From positions 5,163 to 69,162 of the forward strand of contig CAXGUG010000003.1 in NCBI GenBank assembly GCA_964012715.1: a stretch of DNA of 64,000 nucleotides, in the 5' to 3' direction. A model generated the notes under the pieces. The model worked only from the letters and a program-made list of their open reading frames with translations. It was not told the DNA's origin and ran no database searches. A program made the position numbers and the translations under genes. This document shows positions 1 to 7,810 of this stretch, piece by piece (within the stretch, counting starts at the first letter, position 1; each line of letters starts with the position of its first letter). The stretch comes from an uncultured Rhodospirillaceae bacterium. GTDB lineage: Bacteria; Pseudomonadota; Alphaproteobacteria; Rhodospirillales; Casp-alpha2.

Positions 1-1
1 G

Positions 2-649
2 GGCGTGTTCGTCGACCTATGTTCCGAGGACGAGGCGATCAAAGCCTTCGACGAAGTGCGCGACCAGACAGACCACGTCATCGGCGAAGAATTCGTTCAG
101 GGGCGGGACTTGCGCATCATCGTGATCGGGGACGAGGTCGCCGCCGCCGCCGTGCGCCGCCCGCCGCGCATTACCGGCGACGGCCAGCACAGCATTCAGG
201 AACTTATTCAGCGCCTGAGCCGCCGCCGAGCCGCCGCCACGGGCGGCGAAAGCCGTATCCCGATCGACGACGAAACGCGGCGCTGCATTCAGGCGCAGGG
301 TTACGGCATGGGGTCGATCCTCGCCGACGGTGTGGTCTTGGAGGTTCGCAAGACCGCGAACCTGCACACCGGTGGGACGATCCACGACGTGACCGAAGAC
401 CTGCATCCGGTCCTGCGCGAAGCCGCTTTGGCGGGCCGCCAGGTTCTGGGAATTCCCGTCGTCGGTTTCGATTTCATGGTTCCCCAGGTGGACGGAGCCG
501 ACTACCGTATCATTGAAGCAAACGAGCGCCCCGGTCTGGCCAACCACGAGCCACAGCCGACGGCGCAGAAATTCGTCGATTTCCTGTTCCCCGAGACCCG
601 CAAGGAAATGGTCGAACAACCGGCAAAAAGCCGAGGAGATATCGCGTGA
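2..649 (+). CDS. ngg: N-acetylglutaminylglutamine synthetase-type ligase (Ngg), C-terminal ATP-grasp part; 5' end lies outside the window
   Basis: The frame is open from the window edge. Motifs RIIVIGDEV..RRPPRITGDG, VRKTANLHTGGTIHDVTEDLHP and IIEANERPGLANHEPQP fit a cyanophycin-synthetase/RimK-like ATP-grasp fold. The stop overlaps the GTG start of the NAGGN-type M42 peptidase, which is the usual neighbour of ngg. Confidence 0.7.
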   Translation, partial: GVFVDLCSEDEAIKAFDEVRDQTDHVIGEEFVQGRDLRIIVIGDEVAAAAVRRPPRITGDGQHSIQELIQRLSRRRAAATGGESRIPIDDETRRCIQAQGYGMGSILADGVVLEVRKTANLHTGGTIHDVTEDLHPVLREAALAGRQVLGIPVVGFDFMVPQVDGADYRIIEANERPGLANHEPQPTAQKFVDFLFPETRKEMVEQPAKSRGDIA

Positions 650-1785
650 AGTACGACCTTTTCATCGACCGGGATTATTTGGTCGAGATTCTGGCCAAAC
701 TCCTGGCCACCCCCAGCCCCACCGGCATGACGGACGAGATCGTCGGCTTGGTTTGCGATGAATTGAAGGAACTGGGCATACCGTTCGAATTGACCCGCCG
801 GGGCGCGATCCGCGCCGATTTGAAGGGCGAGGCCGCATCGCCCGACCGGGCCATCGCGTCGCACCTGGACACCCTGGGCGCCATGGTCAAAAGCTTCCGT
901 CTGGGAGGGCGCTTGGAAGTGGTGCCGATCGGCCATTGGTCGTCGCGCTTTGCCGAGGGCGCGCGCTGCACCGTGCATTCCGACGGCGGCCGCACCTTCC
1001 GCGGCACGATCCTGCCGGCCAAGGCCTCGGGTCATACCTATAACGAAGCGATCGACACCCAACCCACGGATTGGAGCGAGGTCGAACTGCGCCTGGATGA
1101 GCGCGTCGCCTACGAACACGAAGTCCGGGCGCTCGGCATCAATGTCGGCGATACCATTTCCATCGACCCGATGACCGAGTTCATGAAGAACGGTTTCGTG
1201 TTTTCCCGCCACCTGGATGACAAGGCGGGTGTCGCGGCGATGCTGACGGCGGCGCGGGCGATCATCCGCTCCGACGTCAACCTGCCGATCGACTGCCACC
1301 TGTTGTTCACGATCTCGGAAGAGGTCGGGGTCGGCGCATCGCACGTACTGCATGGCGATGTGGCGGAACTGGTCTCCATCGACAACGGCACCATCGCGCC
1401 GGGGCAGCATACCTCGGAATACGGCGTGACCATTGCCATGCAGGATTCGTCCGGTCCGTTCGACTGGCACCTGTCGCGATCGCTGATCGACATGTGCGTG
1501 CATCATGGGGTCGAGTATTCGCGCGATGTGTTCCGCTATTACCGGTCCGATGCCGCCGCGGCGTTGGAAGCGGGGAACGACATTCGGACGGCGCTGCTTT
1601 GCTTCGCCCTGGATGCGTCGCACGGGTACGAGCGTACGCATCTGGATTCCGTCATGGCGCTGACGCGGTTGCTGACGCTTTATGTGCAGTCCAAACCGAT
1701 GTTCATGCGCGACAAGGATGCGTTGGGTCCGCTTGGCGATTTGCCGGCGACGGAGCGCGATAAACAGCCGAAAGCCGCCGAGTAG
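646..1785 (+). CDS. M42 family peptidase, NAGGN osmoprotectant-system type
   Basis: 379-aa ORF whose GTG start overlaps the upstream stop (GTGA). LLATPSPTGMTDEIV, RRGAIRADLKG, SHLDTLGAMV, HLDDKAG and ISEEVG fit the M42 aminopeptidase family. The position after ngg supports the NAGGN-associated subtype. Confidence 0.75.
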   Translation: MKYDLFIDRDYLVEILAKLLATPSPTGMTDEIVGLVCDELKELGIPFELTRRGAIRADLKGEAASPDRAIASHLDTLGAMVKSFRLGGRLEVVPIGHWSSRFAEGARCTVHSDGGRTFRGTILPAKASGHTYNEAIDTQPTDWSEVELRLDERVAYEHEVRALGINVGDTISIDPMTEFMKNGFVFSRHLDDKAGVAAMLTAARAIIRSDVNLPIDCHLLFTISEEVGVGASHVLHGDVAELVSIDNGTIAPGQHTSEYGVTIAMQDSSGPFDWHLSRSLIDMCVHHGVEYSRDVFRYYRSDAAAALEAGNDIRTALLCFALDASHGYERTHLDSVMALTRLLTLYVQSKPMFMRDKDALGPLGDLPATERDKQPKAAE

Positions 1786-1882
1786 GGCTTGCCCCGCCCC
1801 GCCTGCCCGGGTGACACTGTTCCCGTAATCCTTTCTTCGCCTCTTAAATCCTAGAGGCCTCTAATCCTACGGGGACTGCTTG

Positions 1883-3490
1883 ATGAAAAACGGCATGGTC
1901 GTGGCCGCCCAACCTGAACCGGTTGAGGTTGGTGCTGAAATCCTTCGTGCTGGTGGCAACGCGGTCGATGCCGCCGTCGCCACCGCCTTCGCGCAGACGG
2001 TGGTCGACCCGTTCATGTGCGGGATTGCCGGGTTCGGCTCCATGCATATGTATCTGCCGTCCGTGGGCCAGCACCTGTGCCTGGATTTCCACGCCCGCGC
2101 CCCCGGCGCCGTCACCGACGATATGTGGCTCGATTTGTTGGAGCGCGAGACCGAGGACGGCTTCGGCTTCGTCCTCAAAGGGGCCGTCAACGAGGTCGGC
2201 TATCAGGCCATCGCCACGCCGGAAACGCTGCGCGCCCTGGATGCGGCGCTGTCGCGGTTCGGCACGCTGAGCCTGGCCGAGGTTTTGGCCCCGTCCATCG
2301 CCTTGGCCCGCGACGGCTATATGGTCCGCCCGCATATGCATCGTTTCTGGACGCAGGTCGAACCCCATGGTCGGGTGCCGCATTCCGCCTATCTGCATGG
2401 ATCGCCCGCGACCGGTAAGATTTATCTGAACGCCGACGGCAGTCTGAAGACCCCGGGCGAGATCATCAAGAACCCGGACATGGCCCAGACCTACGAGCGC
2501 ATCGCCCAGGGCGGCGCCGACGAGTTCTATTCCGGGGCCGTCGCCGACGCGATTACCGCCGATATGGCCGCCAACGGCGGCTTGATCAGCGCCGAGGATC
2601 TGGCTGGGTGCCAGCCGGAACAGACGGAACCCTTGTGGACCGAGTATCGCGGCCTGCGCATTTCGTCCTGCCCCCCGCCGGGCGGCGGCATCATGGTTTT
2701 GCAGATGCTGAACATCCTGGAGAATTTCGATCTGGCCGCGATGGGCCATAACTCGCCCGACTACATCCGCACCGTGGCAGAGGCGATGAAGATCGCGACC
2801 GTCGACAAGGACCGCCATGTTGGCGACCCCCGGTTCGTCGACGTGCCGGTCGCCCATCTGCTGGACAAGGGCTATGCCGCCGAATGCGCGGCCAGGATCA
2901 AGGCGGGCGAGATCACCCATGTCCCGCGCCTGGGCCAGGACAAGGAAAGCAAGGACACGACCCACCTTTGCGTGGTCGACAAGGCCGGGGATTGCGTCAG
3001 CCTGACCCATTCGCTGGGCATGCCGTCGGGCGTGACGACCGAGGGGCTAGGCTTCATCTACAACGGTTGCATGGGGGTGTTCGATCCGCGCCCTGGACAC
3101 GTCGGCTCGCTCGCCCCGGGCAAGTCGCGCTTTACTTCGATGGCGCCGTCAATCGTGTTCGATGGCGATACGCCGCGCTTCGTCGTCGGCGCGCCAGGCG
3201 GGACCTATATCGCCATGGGCGTGGTGCAGGCGATCCTGAACCACATCGATTTCGGCATGGACGCGCAACAGGCGGTCTCCGCCCCGCGGTTCTCGGCGAC
3301 CAGCGATATCGTCGAGATCGTCAACCGGATACCCCGCGCGGTCGAGGCGGAATTGAACGCGCGCGGATATCCGACCCGCCGCTATCCCATCAATTTCCAT
3401 TTCGCGGGCGTGCATGCGATCCGGATCGTCGATGGCGTACCCGACGGCGGGGCAGATCCGGGCCGTGACGGCATGGCGATGGCCGTCTGA
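1883..3490 (+). CDS. ggt: gamma-glutamyltransferase family protein
   Basis: About 535 aa. N-terminal AAQPEPVEVGAEILRAGGNAVDAAVA, the autoprocessing-site region DTTHLCVVDKAGDCVSLTHSLG and GGADPGRDG near the C-terminus are typical of GGT. The ATG at 1883 follows an in-frame TTG at 1880. Confidence 0.85.
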   Translation: MKNGMVVAAQPEPVEVGAEILRAGGNAVDAAVATAFAQTVVDPFMCGIAGFGSMHMYLPSVGQHLCLDFHARAPGAVTDDMWLDLLERETEDGFGFVLKGAVNEVGYQAIATPETLRALDAALSRFGTLSLAEVLAPSIALARDGYMVRPHMHRFWTQVEPHGRVPHSAYLHGSPATGKIYLNADGSLKTPGEIIKNPDMAQTYERIAQGGADEFYSGAVADAITADMAANGGLISAEDLAGCQPEQTEPLWTEYRGLRISSCPPPGGGIMVLQMLNILENFDLAAMGHNSPDYIRTVAEAMKIATVDKDRHVGDPRFVDVPVAHLLDKGYAAECAARIKAGEITHVPRLGQDKESKDTTHLCVVDKAGDCVSLTHSLGMPSGVTTEGLGFIYNGCMGVFDPRPGHVGSLAPGKSRFTSMAPSIVFDGDTPRFVVGAPGGTYIAMGVVQAILNHIDFGMDAQQAVSAPRFSATSDIVEIVNRIPRAVEAELNARGYPTRRYPINFHFAGVHAIRIVDGVPDGGADPGRDGMAMAV

Positions 3491-3690
3491 CCGGACATCT
3501 ATTTCACATCATCTGACGGGTAATTCGCCCTGCCCGATCTTCACAAAAGGTTGATCGAGCGAGCTGGGCCCGGATTTGTGCGGTTTATAAAAAACAAAAA
3601 AATAGTGTATTAAAAATAATATCTACAAAACAATTGACGAAAATAGAATCCTGAACCACATTACGAGTGTGAAAAACATAAAATTTTCAC

Positions 3691-5160
3691 ATGGTATTTG
3701 TGTTTAATCGACAAACGGCAAGGCTTCAGGACGCGATGCGACAGCTCCCCATATTCTTCACGGTTCAGGACCGCGATGTGCTGGTCGTCGGCGGCGGCGA
3801 GGCGGCAACGGCGAAGTTGCGCCTGCTGCTCAAGGCCGGGGCCCGTCCCATCGTGGTTGCTCCGGATGCGGGTGACGAGATCAGGCAACTTGCCGCGTCC
3901 GGCGACCTGACCTGGCTGGCCCGTTCGTTTGTCCCCGCGGATATGGACGGCGTGGCGCTGGCCTATGGCGCCACCGGAAACGGTGCCGTGGACCACGCGG
4001 TGTCCGAAGCCGCGCGCGCGGCGGGCGTGCCGGTCAACGTGGTCGATCGTCCCGAACTGTCCGATTTCATCACCCCCGCGATCATTGAACGCGACCCGAT
4101 CACTGTCGCTGTTTCTTCGGGCGGGGCCGCGCCGATCCTGGCGCGGGGCGTCAAGGCGTCCATCGAGCGCTTGCTGCATCCCAACACCGGTCGTCTGGCC
4201 TTGTTCGCCGAACGGTTCCGAGGCGCGGTCAAGGCCGTGGTTCCGGCGGGCCGGGCGCGGCTGCGGTTTTGGGACCGGTTCTTCGACGGACCCATTGCCG
4301 CCCAGGTTCTGGCCGGGGACGAGACGGGTGCGACCGAAGCCATGCTCTCTTACGTCAACCGCAAGGGGAGCGAAGAACAAGGGGTCGTCCATATCGTCGG
4401 CGCCGGGCCGGGTGCGGCCGACCTGTTGACCCTGCGGGCGCAGCGCCTGCTGCAACAGGCTGACGTGATCGTTCATGATCGCCTGATCGGCGACGGTGTG
4501 CTCGACATGGCGCGGCGCGACGCCGAACGCATCGATGTTGGCAAGACGCCGGGCAATCATCCCGTGCCGCAGGGCCGGATCAACGAAATCCTGATCGAAC
4601 AGGCTCAGGCCGGTAAGCGGGTTGTCCGCCTGAAGGGCGGCGATCCCTTTATCTTCGGGCGCGGCGGCGAAGAACTGCAGGCCCTGGCCGATGAAGGCAT
4701 CCGCGCCGAAGTGGTGCCGGGCATCACCGCCGCCACCGCCTGCGCGGCAGCGTCGGGCATCCCCCTGACCCACCGGGGCCATGCCTCGGCGGTGACCTTC
4801 GTTACCGGCCACAAGGGCGACGGCGACGCGCGCGATGTTGACTGGTCTGCGTTGGCCCGCTCGGGCGCGACCCTGGCCGTCTACATGGGTGTCGGCGGGG
4901 CCGGGCGCATCGCGTCGGATTTGTCGAGCCATGGACTGGCCGATCGCCCGGTGGCGGTGATCGAAAACGGATCGCGCCCGGATCAACGGGTTCTGACCGG
5001 ACGCCTCGGCGATCTGGATGCCATCGTGCGGGCCGGCGGCGTGGCTGGACCGGCTCTCATTATTATCGGCGACGTTGCGTCCCTGGCCCAAATGGGCGGG
5101 ACGGGTGTCGCTTCCTCCCCCGCGGAAGCACAGGCCGCGCGCCTGGCCGCCGCGGTCTAA
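3691..5160 (+). CDS. cysG: siroheme synthase (precorrin-2 dehydrogenase / sirohydrochlorin ferrochelatase / uroporphyrinogen-III C-methyltransferase)
   Basis: An N-terminal Rossmann segment VLVVGGGEAATAKLRLLLKAGA is followed by the SUMT domain (VHIVGAGPGAADLLTLRA, RLKGGDPFIFGRGGEE, TFVTGH). An alternative start at 3736 (MRQLPIFF) is equally plausible. Confidence 0.9.
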   Translation: MVFVFNRQTARLQDAMRQLPIFFTVQDRDVLVVGGGEAATAKLRLLLKAGARPIVVAPDAGDEIRQLAASGDLTWLARSFVPADMDGVALAYGATGNGAVDHAVSEAARAAGVPVNVVDRPELSDFITPAIIERDPITVAVSSGGAAPILARGVKASIERLLHPNTGRLALFAERFRGAVKAVVPAGRARLRFWDRFFDGPIAAQVLAGDETGATEAMLSYVNRKGSEEQGVVHIVGAGPGAADLLTLRAQRLLQQADVIVHDRLIGDGVLDMARRDAERIDVGKTPGNHPVPQGRINEILIEQAQAGKRVVRLKGGDPFIFGRGGEELQALADEGIRAEVVPGITAATACAAASGIPLTHRGHASAVTFVTGHKGDGDARDVDWSALARSGATLAVYMGVGGAGRIASDLSSHGLADRPVAVIENGSRPDQRVLTGRLGDLDAIVRAGGVAGPALIIIGDVASLAQMGGTGVASSPAEAQAARLAAAV

Positions 5161-5207
5161 CAAACCAAGACTGTGCAATAACGATTGGCCAAACAAGGAT
5201 TAATGCC

Positions 5208-5561
5208 ATGGTTCAAAAAGTAGTCACCGGAAACCGCCTTTCCGACGGCGCCGTCATCTTCATGGGCGAAGACGGTGGTTGGACCTGCAAGATCGAGCTG
5301 GCCCGCATCGCCGAAACCGATGAAGAGGCGCAATTGCTGGAAGACCTGGCCCGCGCCGCCGAGCGCGCACGCTTGGTCGTCGGCCCCTATCTGATCGAAG
5401 TGACCGTCGGTGGGCGGGCGATCAAACCCGTGCGTTACCGCGAACGGCTGCGTGCCTACGGCCCGTCGATCCATCCGGATTTCGGCCGTCCCGACGTGCC
5501 GGGACACTTCCGCATGGGCGTCGAGGCCAACCACGTGCATTTGAACGGCGTCGCCGGGTAA
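5208..5561 (+). CDS. DUF2849 domain protein (sulfite-reductase-associated)
   Basis: 117-aa ORF with an AAGGA RBS. VVTGNRLSDGAVIFMGEDGGW resembles the DUF2849 family, which sits between cysG and cysI in alphaproteobacteria. Confidence 0.7.
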   Translation: MVQKVVTGNRLSDGAVIFMGEDGGWTCKIELARIAETDEEAQLLEDLARAAERARLVVGPYLIEVTVGGRAIKPVRYRERLRAYGPSIHPDFGRPDVPGHFRMGVEANHVHLNGVAG

Positions 5562-5605
5562 GCCCGTTCCGCCCCCCGCAAACACAGGCAAAAAGAAACG
5601 ACGAG

Positions 5606-7267
5606 ATGTACCGTTACGACGAATTCGACCACACCATGGTGCGCGAGAGGATTGACCAATTCCGAGGTCAGATCGCCCGCCGCATGGCCGGTGAGATTAC
5701 CGAAGATCAGTTCAAGCCCCTGCGCCTGCAGAATGGCCTGTACCTGCAACTGCATGCCTATATGCTGCGGGTCGCCATTCCCTATGGGCAGTTCAATTCC
5801 AAGCAGATGCACATGCTGGCCCATATCGCCCGCAAGTACGACAAGGGCTATGGCCATTTCACGACCCGCCAGAACATCCAGTACAACTGGCCGAAGCTGA
5901 GCGAGGTTGCGGATATTCTGGACGATCTGGCGAGCGTGGAAATGCATGCTATTCAGACCTCGGGCAACTGCATCCGCAATACCACGGCGGATCAGTACGC
6001 GGGCGTAGCGGCGGACGAGGTTGAAGACCCCCGTGTCTATGCCGAGATCATCCGTCAATGGTCGACCTTCCATCCGGAGTTCGCGTTCCTGCCGCGTAAG
6101 TTCAAGATCGCGGTCTCGGGCGCGGTCGATACGGACCGCGCCGCCGTGCGCTTCCACGACGTCGGCCTGTTCGTCGTCCGTAACGCCGAGGGCGAAGTCG
6201 GGTTTCAGGTTTGGGTCGGTGGCGGCCTGGGCCGGACGCCGATGATCGGCAAGAAAATCCGCGACTTCGTGCCCAAGGCCGACCTGTTGGCCTATCTCGA
6301 AGCCGTGCTGCGGACCTACAACATGCTGGGTCGTCGCGACAACCTCTACAAGGCGCGGATCAAGATCCTGGTCCACGAGACGGGCGTCGAGGAATTCACC
6401 CGTTTGGTCGAACACGAATTCGCGGAAATCCAGGGCGGGGATTTCACGCTGCCGGCCGATGAGGTCGCGCGCATCGCGGCCTATTTCGCGCCGCCGCAGT
6501 ACGAAAGCCTGTCCGATGATCCGCCCGCGCTGACCGCGCGCCGGTTCGAGGACAAGGCCTTCAACAGCTGGGTGCGGGTCAACACGGCCCGTCACAAGGT
6601 GCCCGGCTATGTCATCGCCAACATCACGCTGAAGCCGACGGGCCTGCCGCCGGGCGACGTATCGGCGGACCAGATGGATGCCATCGCCGATCTGGCCGAG
6701 CAGTATTCGGGCGGCAGTATTCGCGCCACGCACGAACAGAACCTGGTGCTGCCGGATGTCCGTCAGGATCAGCTGTACGATCTGTGGCTGGCACTGCGCG
6801 AACAAGGCCTGGCCGATGCCAACCTGGATCATATCGGCGACATCATCTGCTGCCCGGGGCTGGATTATTGCGCCCTGGCCAATGCCCGCTCGATCCCCGT
6901 GGCCGAGCGGATCAGCCAGCGCTTCGCCGATTTGGATCGTCAGTACGACATCGGCGAACTGCGCCTGAAAATCTCGGGCTGCATCAACGCCTGCGGCCAT
7001 CACCATGTCGGCCACATCGGCATTCTGGGCGTCGACCGCAAGGACGAAGAGTACTACCAAATCACCCTGGGCGGTGCGCCGGGCGAAGACGCGGCGATCG
7101 GAACCAAGGTTGGCGCCGCGTTCTCGGCGACCGAAATCGTCGATGCCGTCGAGACCGTGGTGAATACCTATCTGGCCCTGCGTCGCGACGGTGAGCGCTT
7201 TATCGATACCTTCCGCCGTGTCGGCGACGGACCGTTCAAGGAGAACCTTTATGACAAAGCTGCTTAA
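5606..7267 (+). CDS. cysI: assimilatory sulfite reductase hemoprotein (nitrite/sulfite reductase family)
   Basis: 553 aa. The protein has duplicated NiR/SiR ferredoxin-like halves (TTRQNIQYNW, THEQNLVLPDV) and the siroheme/4Fe-4S Cys cluster CCPGLDYC...SGCINACGHHHVGHIG. Confidence 0.9.
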   Translation: MYRYDEFDHTMVRERIDQFRGQIARRMAGEITEDQFKPLRLQNGLYLQLHAYMLRVAIPYGQFNSKQMHMLAHIARKYDKGYGHFTTRQNIQYNWPKLSEVADILDDLASVEMHAIQTSGNCIRNTTADQYAGVAADEVEDPRVYAEIIRQWSTFHPEFAFLPRKFKIAVSGAVDTDRAAVRFHDVGLFVVRNAEGEVGFQVWVGGGLGRTPMIGKKIRDFVPKADLLAYLEAVLRTYNMLGRRDNLYKARIKILVHETGVEEFTRLVEHEFAEIQGGDFTLPADEVARIAAYFAPPQYESLSDDPPALTARRFEDKAFNSWVRVNTARHKVPGYVIANITLKPTGLPPGDVSADQMDAIADLAEQYSGGSIRATHEQNLVLPDVRQDQLYDLWLALREQGLADANLDHIGDIICCPGLDYCALANARSIPVAERISQRFADLDRQYDIGELRLKISGCINACGHHHVGHIGILGVDRKDEEYYQITLGGAPGEDAAIGTKVGAAFSATEIVDAVETVVNTYLALRRDGERFIDTFRRVGDGPFKENLYDKAA

Positions 7268-7763
7268 AGGCGGAAAGATCGCGGACAACCCGTGGCGTCA
7301 TGTCGCCGACGGTGACGACCTGCCGGAAAGCGGGCCGGTCATCGTTTCCCTGGCGCGCTGGCGGGCGGAGCACAACGCCCTGGCCGGTCGGGCCGACGGG
7401 CTGGGCATTCGCTTGGAAAGCGGCCAGTCGCCGGAGGAGATCAAGGAAGACCTGGGCCAGTTCGCCGTGGTCGCGCTGGAATTTCCCAAGTTTTCCGACG
7501 GGCGGGCCTATTCCCATGCCCGGGTGCTGAAAGAACGCCTGGGATACGAAGGCGAAATCCGCGCTGTGGGCGAGGTGCTGCGCGATCAGTTCCGCGCCAT
7601 GCACCGTTGCGGCTTCGATGCCTTGGAGGTTTCGTCCGACGGGCCGGACAGCGCCTTGGAAGCGGCGTGGCAGGCGGCCCTGGGTGAACTGCAACACGCC
7701 TATCAACCGGCGTTGCGCGGGCCGGGGCCGATTTGGAAATTGCGTCAGGTTGCGGTCAACTGA
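7251..7763 (+). CDS. DUF934 protein (sulfite-reduction accessory oxidoreductase-like)
   Basis: The ATG at 7251 (MTKLLKGG) overlaps the cysI end by 17 nt. FPKFSDGRAYSHARVLKERLGYEGEIRAVGEVLRDQFRAMHRCGFDA is the DUF934 signature region. Confidence 0.8.
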   Translation: MTKLLKGGKIADNPWRHVADGDDLPESGPVIVSLARWRAEHNALAGRADGLGIRLESGQSPEEIKEDLGQFAVVALEFPKFSDGRAYSHARVLKERLGYEGEIRAVGEVLRDQFRAMHRCGFDALEVSSDGPDSALEAAWQAALGELQHAYQPALRGPGPIWKLRQVAVN

Positions 7764-7783
7764 ATGACCGAGGTGGAAGGCGG

Positions 7784-7810
7784 GATGAAGGCTACCCTGC
7801 GGCCTTCATC
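7784..7810. terminator. 9-bp inverted repeat (GATGAAGGC N9 GCCTTCATC) at a convergent gene junction
   Basis: Read directly from the sequence. It lies between the DUF934 stop and the cyclase stop, and the 3' arm is inside the cyclase coding end. There is no T-tract. Confidence 0.25.

Noticed and set aside
3668-3691. TGTGA...TCACA symmetry as a CRP/FNR-type site.
   Set aside because: The half-sites are separated by 14 nt rather than the 6 nt of CRP/FNR-family sites. I keep it only as a generic inverted repeat.
3661-5196. 511-aa ORF antisense to cysG. Similar long antisense or out-of-frame ORFs lie at 502-1641, 1844-3010, 5456-7288, 13119-14342, 14382-15731, 16669-17847, 29169-30407, 36205-38046, 42537-43841, 43936-45333, 45248-46876 and 55854-57389.
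   Set aside because: These are typical shadow ORFs of GC-rich DNA. Their translations are Arg/Gly/Pro/Ala-rich with no recognisable motifs. Each lies opposite, or in another frame of, a gene with clear family signatures.
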